Positions 27,324 through 35,773 of a DNA stretch of 64,000 nucleotides are shown here, in pieces. Both the position numbers and the translations under genes were made by a program. The notes under the pieces are model-generated. The model searched no databases and was not told the origin of the DNA. It saw only the letters and a program-made list of their open reading frames with translations. Source of the stretch: a virus (Duplodnaviria > Caudoviricetes); the IMG/VR virus record IMGVR_UViG_3300023174_000048, positions 1 through 64,000 of that record; one strand, written 5' to 3'. Positions within the stretch are counted from its first letter, which is position 1, and the number at the start of each line of letters is the position of its first letter.

Positions 27324-27459
27324 TATAGAAGATAAGATTCATGATTGTAAAACATATATCTCATCTGATTTTTGTGTGAGTTGTAATGAGATGTATGAAA
27401 ATATTAAAAAGCATGAGGCAGAGATTAAACTTCTAAAGGAATTGTACCACAACGACTAA
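27280..27459 (+). CDS. hypothetical protein
   Basis: MTNLSNEE start; overlaps previous gene. Confidence 0.5.
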   Translation: MTNLSNEEIKRKIRDIEDKIHDCKTYISSDFCVSCNEMYENIKKHEAEIKLLKELYHND

Positions 27460-27475
27460 AAAATATTCTCAAGAG

Positions 27476-27503
27476 TTGACAAGCCGCTGGTCGATGATAT
27501 AAT
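27476..27503 (+). promoter_or_regulatory. sigma70-type promoter of tRNA
   Basis: TTGACA-16-TATAAT. Confidence 0.75.
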
Positions 27504-27527
27504 GGTGGCATGACAACAAACAAATAC

Positions 27528-27607
27528 GCTCCTGTGCCGGTGGTTCCCGGCAGTTACTCTTATAAGGTAATCCGAAAGGGGACTTGGTTCGATTCCAAGC
27601 AGGAGTA
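27528..27607 (+). tRNA. tRNA-Ile (anticodon UAU), atypical, CCA not encoded
   Basis: acceptor GCTCCTG/CAGGAGT, D stem CCGG/CCGG, anticodon stem TTACT/GGTAA with loop CT-TAT-AA, T arm CTTGG-TTCGATT-CCAAG; enlarged variable region. Confidence 0.7.
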
Positions 27608-27614
27608 TTTTTAA

Positions 27615-28181
27615 TTACTTATTTAGATTTTTAGACACTACTTCTTGACACAGTTTAATAAATTCTTCTTTAGTCAAACTATGTTTTGCTTGATTTGCTT
27701 CTTTACAAGTTATACCGCAATTATTTAAACTATTATCCCCACCTTTACTAATAGGAATAATATGATCTAAATGATATGATCTACCATCATCTAGATTAAT
27801 TTTTCTTCCCGTTAAATAACAAGTTGGATTTTCACCAATTTTATTTATTAGGTCATTTATATTAAATAGTTGCTGTGTTTTTTTGGTTTTCCGATTCATA
27901 GAAAAAAACCTTATTTTAATAGTTAATATTTTCTCATAAGAACGAGTTTCGGTAGGCGAAGATATTGGCGAATAATGTCTATAACAGAAAGATTCTATTT
28001 TATTTTTAATTACACTTGATGACCTACGTTTTCTTTGTCTATTATCCTTTTTTTCTTTTTGATTTTTACCACAATAATAACTAATTGTACTTTTAGAACA
28101 ATTTAATTTATTTTGAATATCGTTATATGAATAACCTTTTTTTCTAAGTTCGACTATTTTTAATTTTAGTGCTTGCTTCAT
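27615..28181 (-). CDS. HTH-HNH endonuclease
   Basis: N-terminal HTH (LRKKGYSYNDIQNKLNCSKSTISYY); CYLTG..YHLDHIIPISKGGDNSLNNCGITCKEAN; GGAGG SD. Confidence 0.85.
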   Translation of the reverse strand: MKQALKLKIVELRKKGYSYNDIQNKLNCSKSTISYYCGKNQKEKKDNRQRKRRSSSVIKNKIESFCYRHYSPISSPTETRSYEKILTIKIRFFSMNRKTKKTQQLFNINDLINKIGENPTCYLTGRKINLDDGRSYHLDHIIPISKGGDNSLNNCGITCKEANQAKHSLTKEEFIKLCQEVVSKNLNK

Positions 28182-28237
28182 TGAGTCGATCCTCCTAGTA
28201 TATAATACACAAACAAGAAGAAAAACAAGGAAATTTT

Positions 28238-28495
28238 ATGACAAATCGCTCATTATGCTGTATGCCAATAGTAACTCTTTTATTTGGTCTATTAGTTTTA
28301 TCTGTTGGTTTTAATTGGATATTCTTTGAAAAAATCAATAAACTAAATCATGTAGTTAGCACTATAACTTCACCAGTTAATGATGACGAACTGAAAAAAT
28401 TAATGGAAGAAATTAAAAGGCTATCAAAGCAAACATATACTTCAGGCACTAAGTATGATACTAAAACTAGAGAACCAATACAAAATGATTTCTGA
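28238..28495 (+). CDS. membrane-anchored hypothetical protein
   Basis: AAGGA SD, hydrophobic N-terminus. Confidence 0.6.
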   Translation: MTNRSLCCMPIVTLLFGLLVLSVGFNWIFFEKINKLNHVVSTITSPVNDDELKKLMEEIKRLSKQTYTSGTKYDTKTREPIQNDF

Positions 28496-28697
28496 AATTA
28501 TCCATGATAGAGAATGGACATTAAAATATTCTTTATTTAATAGGAAATGCTACTTTAGTGGACAATCTTTAAGGTTTCAACCATGTTATGTTGGAAGAAA
28601 AAAGATTCGCTCATTATTGTCAAAAAGATATCAAAATGACGATATTTGGATAAGTAAAGACCAATATCTGATTATGATTAAGAATGGAATGGTGTAA
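28455..28697 (+). CDS. hypothetical protein
   Basis: packed ORF; start likely 28482. Confidence 0.55.
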   Translation: MILKLENQYKMISEIIHDREWTLKYSLFNRKCYFSGQSLRFQPCYVGRKKIRSLLSKRYQNDDIWISKDQYLIMIKNGMV

Positions 28698-28756
28698 TTT
28701 ATATAACCTTCCTTTATATTAGTTAAGTAACTAACCCGCCTAAAAGAAAGATTATC

Positions 28757-28933
28757 ATGAAATACAGACTTCTGTTTATCGGCCTACTATCAGTTTTATT
28801 TGCTTCTCTTACCATGAATGCTATTCATTCAGAATCTTTAAAAACTGTTCAAACAACAATAGAGATAAATGATATGATACAGACAAAAGCGGTAAATGGT
28901 TTGCGTGATAGATTGATTGAACTAGAAGATTAA
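28757..28933 (+). CDS. small signal-peptide protein
   Basis: MKYRLLFIGLLSVLFASLTMNA...; not in ORF track. Confidence 0.5.
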   Translation: MKYRLLFIGLLSVLFASLTMNAIHSESLKTVQTTIEINDMIQTKAVNGLRDRLIELED

Positions 28934-28937
28934 TTAA

Positions 28938-29286
28938 GGGCTAGTAAAGGTATCGACAGGTAAAATAGATTTAGACGGCATCGACTGGTTGAATAACAGG
29001 CCAGTATAAAAGTTATTCAAAAAATGTTAATTGGCGAAGTAAATCTCGCTCTCGCTGCCTAATTAGTTAGGTACGAGTGGGGCTATATGGGCCTTATTAC
29101 CCAATCATGTTGACTCAGATAATTCTGATAAGGAAGTCTAACCCGAAAATATAGACAATGATCGTAACCGATCTGATGAAGATAATTTCTTCTAGGTTTG
29201 TCTAGTGTCCAAATTACAATAGACTAACGATGTAGAAGTTTATGTTGATGTTTATTCTGGACAGGGGTTCGACTCCCCTCTAGTCC
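28938..29286 (+). ncRNA. ssrA: tmRNA (transfer-messenger RNA)
   Basis: 5' GGGCTAG pairs with 3' CTAGTCC-A (G3:U70 wobble), T arm AGGGG-TTCGACT-CCCCT, tag ORF 29033-29062 GEVNLALAA* after TTAATT. Confidence 0.92.
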
Positions 29287-29295
29287 AATTATATT

Positions 29296-29637
29296 ATGAG
29301 AAAAATTTGCATCTACTGTAATAAAAGAAAAAACACAAAATCTTTTGCTCGACATATTGGACATAAAGATAATTTGGATAGTAGATGCCGAAAGTGTGTT
29401 AAAAAACATACTAAAATTAGGGGAAAGTTAAGAAAAAAAGCCCCACCACAACCAGAAGTTTGTGAGTGTTGTAAAATAAAACCAAAAGTTTTTCATCTGG
29501 ATCATAACCATAGTAATAATCAGTTTAGAGGATGGTTATGTGAAACGTGCAATATAGGAATAGGAAAACTAGGAGATAACCTAGAAGGTATTGTGAACGC
29601 TATGAATTATTTTCTTTCAAGACCAAATCGCAATTAG
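29296..29637 (+). CDS. endonuclease VII-like HNH protein
   Basis: CECC..FHLDHNH..FRGWLCETCNIGIGKLGD. Confidence 0.85.
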   Translation: MRKICIYCNKRKNTKSFARHIGHKDNLDSRCRKCVKKHTKIRGKLRKKAPPQPEVCECCKIKPKVFHLDHNHSNNQFRGWLCETCNIGIGKLGDNLEGIVNAMNYFLSRPNRN

Positions 29638-29644
29638 ACGATAC

Positions 29645-29672
29645 TTGACAAAGCAATCCAGTAGTGTAGAAT
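29645..29672 (+). promoter_or_regulatory. sigma70-type promoter
   Basis: TTGACA-16-TAGAAT. Confidence 0.7.
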
Positions 29673-29699
29673 GGAAGAACACAACAAGGAGAAATTGGT

Positions 29700-31004
29700 A
29701 TGAGTTTCGATCATCTTGGCAGTTTTGTTAGGGAACTTAGGGCGACCAGTAGCACTATTGATAAGACTGAAATTATTGAGGATTATACTTCTTCTAATGA
29801 AGAAGGGGCAAATTTTATTAAGAAAATTCTGCTTTATACTTATCATCCTACTTGGCAATATAATGTTACTAGCGATAATCTGAAGAAGAAGAAGCACCTA
29901 AAGTCAAAGAATTCTTATAAGAATATTTTTGATCTTTTGGATGATCTTAAAGGTCGTGCAATTACTGGTCACGACGCTATTAGTGCTGTAAATAGTTTTA
30001 CTGATACTCATCCTGAGCATGAGGAACTTATCCATTGTATTATTGATAAGGACTTGAAAACCCGTGCTGGCGACAAGATTATTAATAAGGCTATTCCTAA
30101 TCATATTCCAGAGTTTAGTGTTGCTCTTGCTGATAAGTACGAACCTAAACTTGTGGACTGGAAAGACTCTTGGTTTGTCTCACGAAAACTGGACGGATTG
30201 AGATTGATTGCTGTTGTTGATGACAATGGTAACTCCACTTTCTTTTCACGAACAGGCAAAGTGTTTGATACTCTAGATATTATCTCTGGTGGCATTAAGG
30301 CTCTAGGTATTACTAATGTTGTATTTGATGGTGAACTATGTTTGGTAGATGATGAGGGTAATGAAGATTTTCAGGGCATTATGAAAGAGATTAGAAAGAA
30401 AGATCATACTATTCCTAATCCATCCTATAAAATGTTTGATATGATTAGCCATGATGAGTTTTATAGTAAGAAAGGCGAAAAAAATCGTCCATATTCTATT
30501 CGCTACAATAATTTGCGAGAAGTTATGAAAGAAAACTCTTGCGTTTGTCTTAGCGTCTTGGGTCAAGAAAAAATTAAAGATGATGAACATTTTCAAGAGT
30601 GGGTTAAAAAAGCAGCAGATTACGGCTGGGAAGGAATTATGCTACGAGCAGATGAGCCATATAAAGGTAAGCGTAGCAAAGATTTGCTAAAAGTTAAGAA
30701 ATTTTTTGATGATGAATATGAAATAGTTGATACTGAGATGGGGCCATTTCGTTATGTGAAAAATGGTGCAGAATGTGAGGAGACTATGCTTAGTTGCGTC
30801 ATGATTAATCATAAAGGATATACTGTTAGGGTTGGTAGCGGATTTAGTATTGAGCAACGTCAAGAGTTCTATAAGAATCCTAAGAAAATTCTTGGAAAAA
30901 TCATAACTGTACAGTATTTCTCAGAAAGTGAGAATCAAGATGGGGGCTTGAGCCTTCGCTTCCCAACTTTTAAAGTTTTACACGGGTCTGCTAGAACGGT
31001 TTAA
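29700..31004 (+). CDS. ATP-dependent DNA ligase
   Basis: motif I RKLDGLR, FDGEL, MFD, EGIML, LLKVK, OB-fold SLRFPTF. Confidence 0.93.
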   Translation: MSFDHLGSFVRELRATSSTIDKTEIIEDYTSSNEEGANFIKKILLYTYHPTWQYNVTSDNLKKKKHLKSKNSYKNIFDLLDDLKGRAITGHDAISAVNSFTDTHPEHEELIHCIIDKDLKTRAGDKIINKAIPNHIPEFSVALADKYEPKLVDWKDSWFVSRKLDGLRLIAVVDDNGNSTFFSRTGKVFDTLDIISGGIKALGITNVVFDGELCLVDDEGNEDFQGIMKEIRKKDHTIPNPSYKMFDMISHDEFYSKKGEKNRPYSIRYNNLREVMKENSCVCLSVLGQEKIKDDEHFQEWVKKAADYGWEGIMLRADEPYKGKRSKDLLKVKKFFDDEYEIVDTEMGPFRYVKNGAECEETMLSCVMINHKGYTVRVGSGFSIEQRQEFYKNPKKILGKIITVQYFSESENQDGGLSLRFPTFKVLHGSARTV

Positions 31005-31014
31005 AGAATCGTGC

Positions 31015-31043
31015 TTGACAAGACGATAACGCTAGTGTAGAAT
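31015..31043 (+). promoter_or_regulatory. sigma70-type promoter
   Basis: TTGACA-17-TAGAAT, GACGAT in spacer. Confidence 0.75.
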
Positions 31044-31067
31044 GTTAGCATAACGCTTGAAACACTT

Positions 31068-31784
31068 TTGGAGAAAACCATGATCGTTGAGAACTCTGTT
31101 ATTCCTGTTCAGAATACCACCTTGGATAAGACTAAGGCCGATATTTTCTTTGAAACTTTTCCGCGAGATAAGGTTGTCTCATACAAAGAATATTGGGAGA
31201 GTGTTCGTCCTCAAAATCACGACGATATTTTCCGTCGCTATCTTTTTGCATATTGTTCAGTTCATACTACTTGGAAGGGTAATTGTGCCGGATATAATGC
31301 TATCAAGAATTTTAATGAGTGGATCGACAGTAAGGAAACTCTGCTAAATAAACTCCACAAAAGTGGTGTTGGACTTCACAATAATCGTACCAATTATATT
31401 TGGGATTTTAGTGAGAAGTTTTGGGCTAATCCAAAAGACTTTTATTTTACCACAAAGAAGGGTCATGTTAAGAAGCGTGATAGTATTCTGAATAAGATTA
31501 GTGGAATTGGGTTGGCTAAGATTAGTTTTGCTCTTGAAATGATTCATCCTAATGAGGCACGAGTATTATGTGGAGACGTTCATCAACTCAGACTTTACGA
31601 TATGGAACATCTCAAGTATAATAAGAGCAAGGGCGGTTCTACCACTTACAAGAAAATGGAACGTCATTGGATGGTGAATTGTGGCAAACTCAAGGTTCCG
31701 TCTTATATTGCACGATCCATTTACTGGGATGCTCTACAAAAGAAAGATGATTCTCGTTATTGGTCAGTTGTCCTTGAGGATTAA
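31068..31784 (+). CDS. HhH-family DNA glycosylase-like protein
   Basis: helix-hairpin-helix KISGIGLAKISFAL followed by LCGDVHQLR (catalytic Asp position); start may be ATG 31080. Confidence 0.6.
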   Translation: MEKTMIVENSVIPVQNTTLDKTKADIFFETFPRDKVVSYKEYWESVRPQNHDDIFRRYLFAYCSVHTTWKGNCAGYNAIKNFNEWIDSKETLLNKLHKSGVGLHNNRTNYIWDFSEKFWANPKDFYFTTKKGHVKKRDSILNKISGIGLAKISFALEMIHPNEARVLCGDVHQLRLYDMEHLKYNKSKGGSTTYKKMERHWMVNCGKLKVPSYIARSIYWDALQKKDDSRYWSVVLED

Positions 31785-31856
31785 TTATGAGTGAAAATGG
31801 AAAAGGTTCTAAAAAAAGACCACGATCAGTAGATCAAGAAACATGGGATAAAAACT

Positions 31857-32159
31857 ATGAAAGAATCTTCAAAAAAAGCAAAAATACTAAACGTGATAAA
31901 GTTCGAAAAAAATAAAACCACTTTCATATTATGTGATTGTAGGAGCGAGGTTTTGGTATTAGAGCATGATACTGAATATGGATTAACAGAACTGTCAATA
32001 TATGAGAATATGTCATCTTATGGTCATAAAATGTCATTTTGGCAGAAATTAAGGTATATTTATCAGGTTTTAATTCATAATCGCCCATACTCTGATCAAA
32101 TTATCCTTAATAAAGAGCAACTCAAAGACCTTGGTATGTTTATTAATGGGTGTATATAA
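31857..32159 (+). CDS. hypothetical protein
   Basis: ORF in array; start uncertain. Confidence 0.55.
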   Translation: MKESSKKAKILNVIKFEKNKTTFILCDCRSEVLVLEHDTEYGLTELSIYENMSSYGHKMSFWQKLRYIYQVLIHNRPYSDQIILNKEQLKDLGMFINGCI

Positions 32160-32193
32160 TACTGTCTCTTAAAATACTATCAAGGAGGCTATT

Positions 32194-32379
32194 ATGATAA
32201 TGAAAAACTATGTTACTGATGAATTAATCAATAAAGTATATCATCTAACTAAGGCTCTTAATCAGGCAGAGTCGATTATTAAAACTCTTGAAGTAGAGAA
32301 TGATAATCTTAAAGAAACATTATCGTTAATATATGATAGAGAAAATTTAGTAAACAACGACTTTTTAGTAGAGGTATAA
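32194..32379 (+). CDS. coiled-coil hypothetical protein
   Basis: AAGGAGG SD after GGTGTA motif. Confidence 0.7.
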   Translation: MIMKNYVTDELINKVYHLTKALNQAESIIKTLEVENDNLKETLSLIYDRENLVNNDFLVEV

Positions 32380-32380
32380 G

Positions 32381-32566
32381 ATGAGTCGCCTAGCCAAAAA
32401 TAGTCATGACAAAATGATATTTGGAGTTTGTGGAGGACTAGCAAAAGCCACAGGCATAGATTCGTCACTAATAAGATTAGGATTCGTAGTTGGAGCAATT
32501 TTTACTGGAAGTATTTTGTTTTGGATTTATCTTTTACTTGGAATAGTTCTACCTATTGACGAATAA
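32381..32566 (+). CDS. PspC domain protein
   Basis: DKMIFGVCGGLA...IDSSLIRLGFV...YLLLGIV. Confidence 0.85.
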   Translation: MSRLAKNSHDKMIFGVCGGLAKATGIDSSLIRLGFVVGAIFTGSILFWIYLLLGIVLPIDE

Positions 32567-33129
32567 TGATTTATTTTATATCTGATACCCACTTTGGACA
32601 CAAGAACATTGTGGGATATTGTAAAAGACCATTTACTGATACTCACGAAATGAATAAGACCATTATTGATAATATCAATAGTGTTGTTAAGCCAAAAGAT
32701 ACTCTTTATTTTCTTGGAGATTTTTGTCATAGAGGCGGAGATCCTAAGAAATATCGAAAACAAATAATTTGTGAAGATATTCATGTGATTCTTGGTAACC
32801 ATGACAACGAAGATAAATTTAGTGAAAAAGATTTTTCTTCCATAGGACTAATGAAAGAAGTGATTCATTGTAATCAAAAGATTATTCTGTTTCATTATCC
32901 TATGAGAGCATGGAATAAAAGTTATCGTAAAAGTTGGATGCTGTATGGTCATGTTCACGGCAGACTTCACAATGAGGATGAATCACTAGGACGCTTTACG
33001 CTTGATGTGGGCGTGGATAATAAAAGGGACGGGGTTGGATTTGGTACTCCGTACAGTTTTAAAGAGATTCAGAAACTATTTGGCGACAGAGAGAAAAAAT
33101 TCAAGGTCGCCCAGTTGACAAGCCGATAA
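32566..33129 (+). CDS. calcineurin-like phosphoesterase (phage type)
   Basis: SDTHFGH, LGDF, GNHD, HYP, GHVHG, DVGVD. Confidence 0.88.
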   Translation: MIYFISDTHFGHKNIVGYCKRPFTDTHEMNKTIIDNINSVVKPKDTLYFLGDFCHRGGDPKKYRKQIICEDIHVILGNHDNEDKFSEKDFSSIGLMKEVIHCNQKIILFHYPMRAWNKSYRKSWMLYGHVHGRLHNEDESLGRFTLDVGVDNKRDGVGFGTPYSFKEIQKLFGDREKKFKVAQLTSR

Positions 33130-33142
33130 AGGATGTTAGAAT
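33115..33142 (+). promoter_or_regulatory. sigma70-type promoter
   Basis: TTGACA-16-TAGAAT, GCCGAT in spacer. Confidence 0.75.
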
Positions 33143-33217
33143 GAAGGAGTCAAGCGAGAGTATCAGTCATGCGACTGACTCGCAAGACAAGAATTGGAAA
33201 TGATTTGGAGGTTGATT

Positions 33218-33499
33218 ATGGCTGAAGTTACTACGGTTGATAAGCAGACTCGTATTCGTTGCAGTGATGAGCAGTTTCTTGAGGCAGTTTTTTCTAGCAA
33301 GACTTATGCTGAGATTGCTAGTAAGACTGGTCAGAAGGTTGCTAGTACGATGGCTCGTTATGCCCGTACAAAGTCCGCTCTGACAAAGAAGGGTATTGAA
33401 CTACCCGTTATGGAACGTGCGAAGCCAACCAAGACGGTTGACAACGTAGAGGCTATGGCAGAGGTTGTTCGTCGCCTCAAGGCTCATGCGAACGGTTGA
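33218..33499 (+). CDS. hypothetical, possibly HTH DNA-binding protein
   Basis: GGAGG SD; YAEIASKTGQKVAST helix pattern. Confidence 0.65.
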   Translation: MAEVTTVDKQTRIRCSDEQFLEAVFSSKTYAEIASKTGQKVASTMARYARTKSALTKKGIELPVMERAKPTKTVDNVEAMAEVVRRLKAHANG

Positions 33500-33596
33500 T
33501 TAAAACCAAAAGGTGATCGGCTACAATAGTTTAAATGGTTGAGGCACACAAAGATTCAACCTCAAATCATTGATTGTTGTAGTCGGTCACTTATAT

Positions 33597-33671
33597 GGGA
33601 GCGTAGTCCAATTGGCAGCAGACAAAGGACTTAAAATCCTTCCAGTGTGGGTTCGAGTCCCACCGCTCCTA
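33597..33671 (+). tRNA. tRNA-Leu (anticodon UAA), short variable loop, CCA not encoded
   Basis: GGGAGCG/CGCTCCT acceptor, AAGGA-CTTAAAA-TCCTT, GTGGG-TTCGAGT-CCCAC. Confidence 0.9.
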
Positions 33672-33711
33672 TTTTTAGAACGATAATTATCTTTAAGAAT
33701 AAGGAAATAAA

Positions 33712-33933
33712 ATGAGCAAAAATGTTTTAGAACTATATAAGATTGGTAGTAGGGTTAAGTTGACTGATGATGTTTATGGAACAATTGAAGAAATAAATAT
33801 TTTTGGAGATAATTCTGTTAGTTACAAGTGTGGTTGGTGGAACGGACGAAGTTATTGTGCCGAACACTTTGCCCCTAATGCTATTGAAGTTGTTATGCCA
33901 GAAAAATTTAAGATAGGTTTCCACAATGAATGA
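33712..33933 (+). CDS. hypothetical protein
   Basis: AAGGA SD. Confidence 0.7.
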   Translation: MSKNVLELYKIGSRVKLTDDVYGTIEEINIFGDNSVSYKCGWWNGRSYCAEHFAPNAIEVVMPEKFKIGFHNE

Positions 33934-34336
33934 AAACTCTAATCCACTAGATTATCTAATCGAACTTTGTGAAAAAGCCGTTGATTATGGCACAATAACA
34001 AGATTTACGATTCTTAATGCCAAGAATGAATTAGCAAAATTGAGGCAATCAAAAATAGATTTGGCTCAAGATGCTCTCAATGCTAATAAGAATAGTATTG
34101 ATGATAATAATCGTTGGTTAAGTTGTGAAAAAGAATTGGTTGCCCTAAAGGAAAAAATCAAAACTATTTTTAGTCAACCTGTCGCCTATGGTTTAATTAA
34201 CGATAGACATGATCTATATAATCTAACTTTGCATTATAATAGGTTTGATGACAAAGATAATAAATTAATACCGTTATACTCAAATAGAGAAGAATTCTTA
34301 CAAGGGGATTGGCAAAGTGGTAAGTTATCCAAATAG
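33926..34336 (+). CDS. hypothetical protein
   Basis: overlap-coupled. Confidence 0.7.
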   Translation: MNENSNPLDYLIELCEKAVDYGTITRFTILNAKNELAKLRQSKIDLAQDALNANKNSIDDNNRWLSCEKELVALKEKIKTIFSQPVAYGLINDRHDLYNLTLHYNRFDDKDNKLIPLYSNREEFLQGDWQSGKLSK

Positions 34337-34655
34337 GTATTTTAAGGGATGGTGTTCTAATGAAGGTAATCCACGATCTCATATTCTTCATTATCATATT
34401 CTCACTATTAGAGATATTAGTGACTATAATGGCGGATTCATCCCAGAAGAAGTAAATTCTTTAGAAGAATACTTTAATGTTGATGGTATAGGAACTGATG
34501 AACCATACTATATGGTTACTGGAACATTCAAGTTTGATTTTGCACGAACTCCTATTAAAATTCTGGAAACAAATGAACTAAAAACTGCCATTGATATTGT
34601 TGAACAACTAACAGGGAATATTATCAGAGAAGATGAAGTATACAATTCACGATGA
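34317..34655 (+). CDS. hypothetical protein
   Basis: overlap-coupled. Confidence 0.65.
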   Translation: MVSYPNRYFKGWCSNEGNPRSHILHYHILTIRDISDYNGGFIPEEVNSLEEYFNVDGIGTDEPYYMVTGTFKFDFARTPIKILETNELKTAIDIVEQLTGNIIREDEVYNSR

Positions 34656-35163
34656 TGGTTTTGGTTGTTTTGAAGAAGGTGGTTGTGCTGAATTCTATTG
34701 GATAAAAGAGGATAAAACTCTTGGCTTCAAACAATTTGGTAGTAAAAAGACTGCCATTATCGCTTACAATAAACAAAAATTGTTGAGTAAGTTTGATCTT
34801 GCTCCTAAAGTTGTTGGTAAAATTACCAAATTAAAATATGAGTGGGGCGACGATACTGGTTGGGGATATGTTACAGAACGAGCAAAAGTTCTTGACGAAG
34901 AGGTGATGAAAAAAAGACTACGAGATATTCAGAATCTTGTGGAAACTATTGAAAATAAAACCCGCCTAAGATTTTGGGATTGCCATTATTGGAATGTGGG
35001 ATATGTTAAACGAAATAATAAGGCTAAATTAGTTTGTATTGATACTGGGCCTGAGAGTTTTAGTAGTATTGCAAATGCTTGGGGAATGGCAACTCCTGGC
35101 CCAAAATGTGGTTATTGTAATAGATATCAATGCCATTGTAGTGATGCTTATTGGTGTGATTAG
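34633..35163 (+). CDS. protein kinase-like (PKL fold) protein
   Basis: Gly-rich GFGCFEEGGCA, conserved K, APKV, WDCHYWN catalytic-loop-like, IDTG (DFG-like). Confidence 0.6.
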   Translation: MKYTIHDDGFGCFEEGGCAEFYWIKEDKTLGFKQFGSKKTAIIAYNKQKLLSKFDLAPKVVGKITKLKYEWGDDTGWGYVTERAKVLDEEVMKKRLRDIQNLVETIENKTRLRFWDCHYWNVGYVKRNNKAKLVCIDTGPESFSSIANAWGMATPGPKCGYCNRYQCHCSDAYWCD

Positions 35164-35195
35164 ATGGTGTATTCTTTATGTAAAGGAGTACTATT

Positions 35196-35531
35196 ATGTC
35201 CAGAGATTTTGACGATATTTCAAAACAAATAATTCAACAGAATAAAGACCTAAAGAGTAGAGATAATTCTATATCTAAGGAGATTTCTGATCTTAAAAAA
35301 AGTGTAAAAAACATAGAAAATAAGATACGATCTATGGATGATACTCTTATTAAGTTATTTGATATATTGAATACTATTACGGTCTTTATTGAAGACGCTG
35401 AATCAATAAACGATTCAGAGGATGAAGAAGATTGGACTCCTTATGATGAAAGAAGTTTTGCGTATGATGATGAGGATGACGATGATGACGAAAATGTTGA
35501 TGGTTGGGGCATTAGAGAGGATGAAAGTTAA
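35196..35531 (+). CDS. coiled-coil protein with acidic tail
   Basis: AAGGAG SD after TGGTGTA motif. Confidence 0.7.
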   Translation: MSRDFDDISKQIIQQNKDLKSRDNSISKEISDLKKSVKNIENKIRSMDDTLIKLFDILNTITVFIEDAESINDSEDEEDWTPYDERSFAYDDEDDDDDENVDGWGIREDES

Positions 35532-35773
35532 TGGCTAGTTTGGCACTGTTGGTATCACTAATGTTTTTATTTGTGGTGCTACTTGGGCCAGCAACATGGT
35601 TATTAAGTAAATCAAGATTCATTCCAAAATTCGTAATATACATAATGGGACTTTTGAGCATTTTAATAGGAATATATTGGTGTTTTTTACCAGTTAATTT
35701 GCTCAGATTTTTTGGTTTGCTTACGGCATATTTAGGATGGATGGCGATACAATCTAAAGATAGAGGGGCTTGA
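35531..35773 (+). CDS. small membrane protein
   Basis: 2-3 hydrophobic helices; TAATG overlap. Confidence 0.7.
   Translation: MASLALLVSLMFLFVVLLGPATWLLSKSRFIPKFVIYIMGLLSILIGIYWCFLPVNLLRFFGLLTAYLGWMAIQSKDRGA

Noticed and set aside
29700-31004. Inteins or introns in ligase, thyX or ruvB
   Set aside because: Lengths and motif spacing are normal and uninterrupted.
33148-33183. Hairpin GCGAG..TCAGTC-ATGC-GACTGA-CTCGC in the leader of 33218
   Set aside because: Single copy, no recognisable riboswitch consensus; probably an mRNA-stabilising stem.
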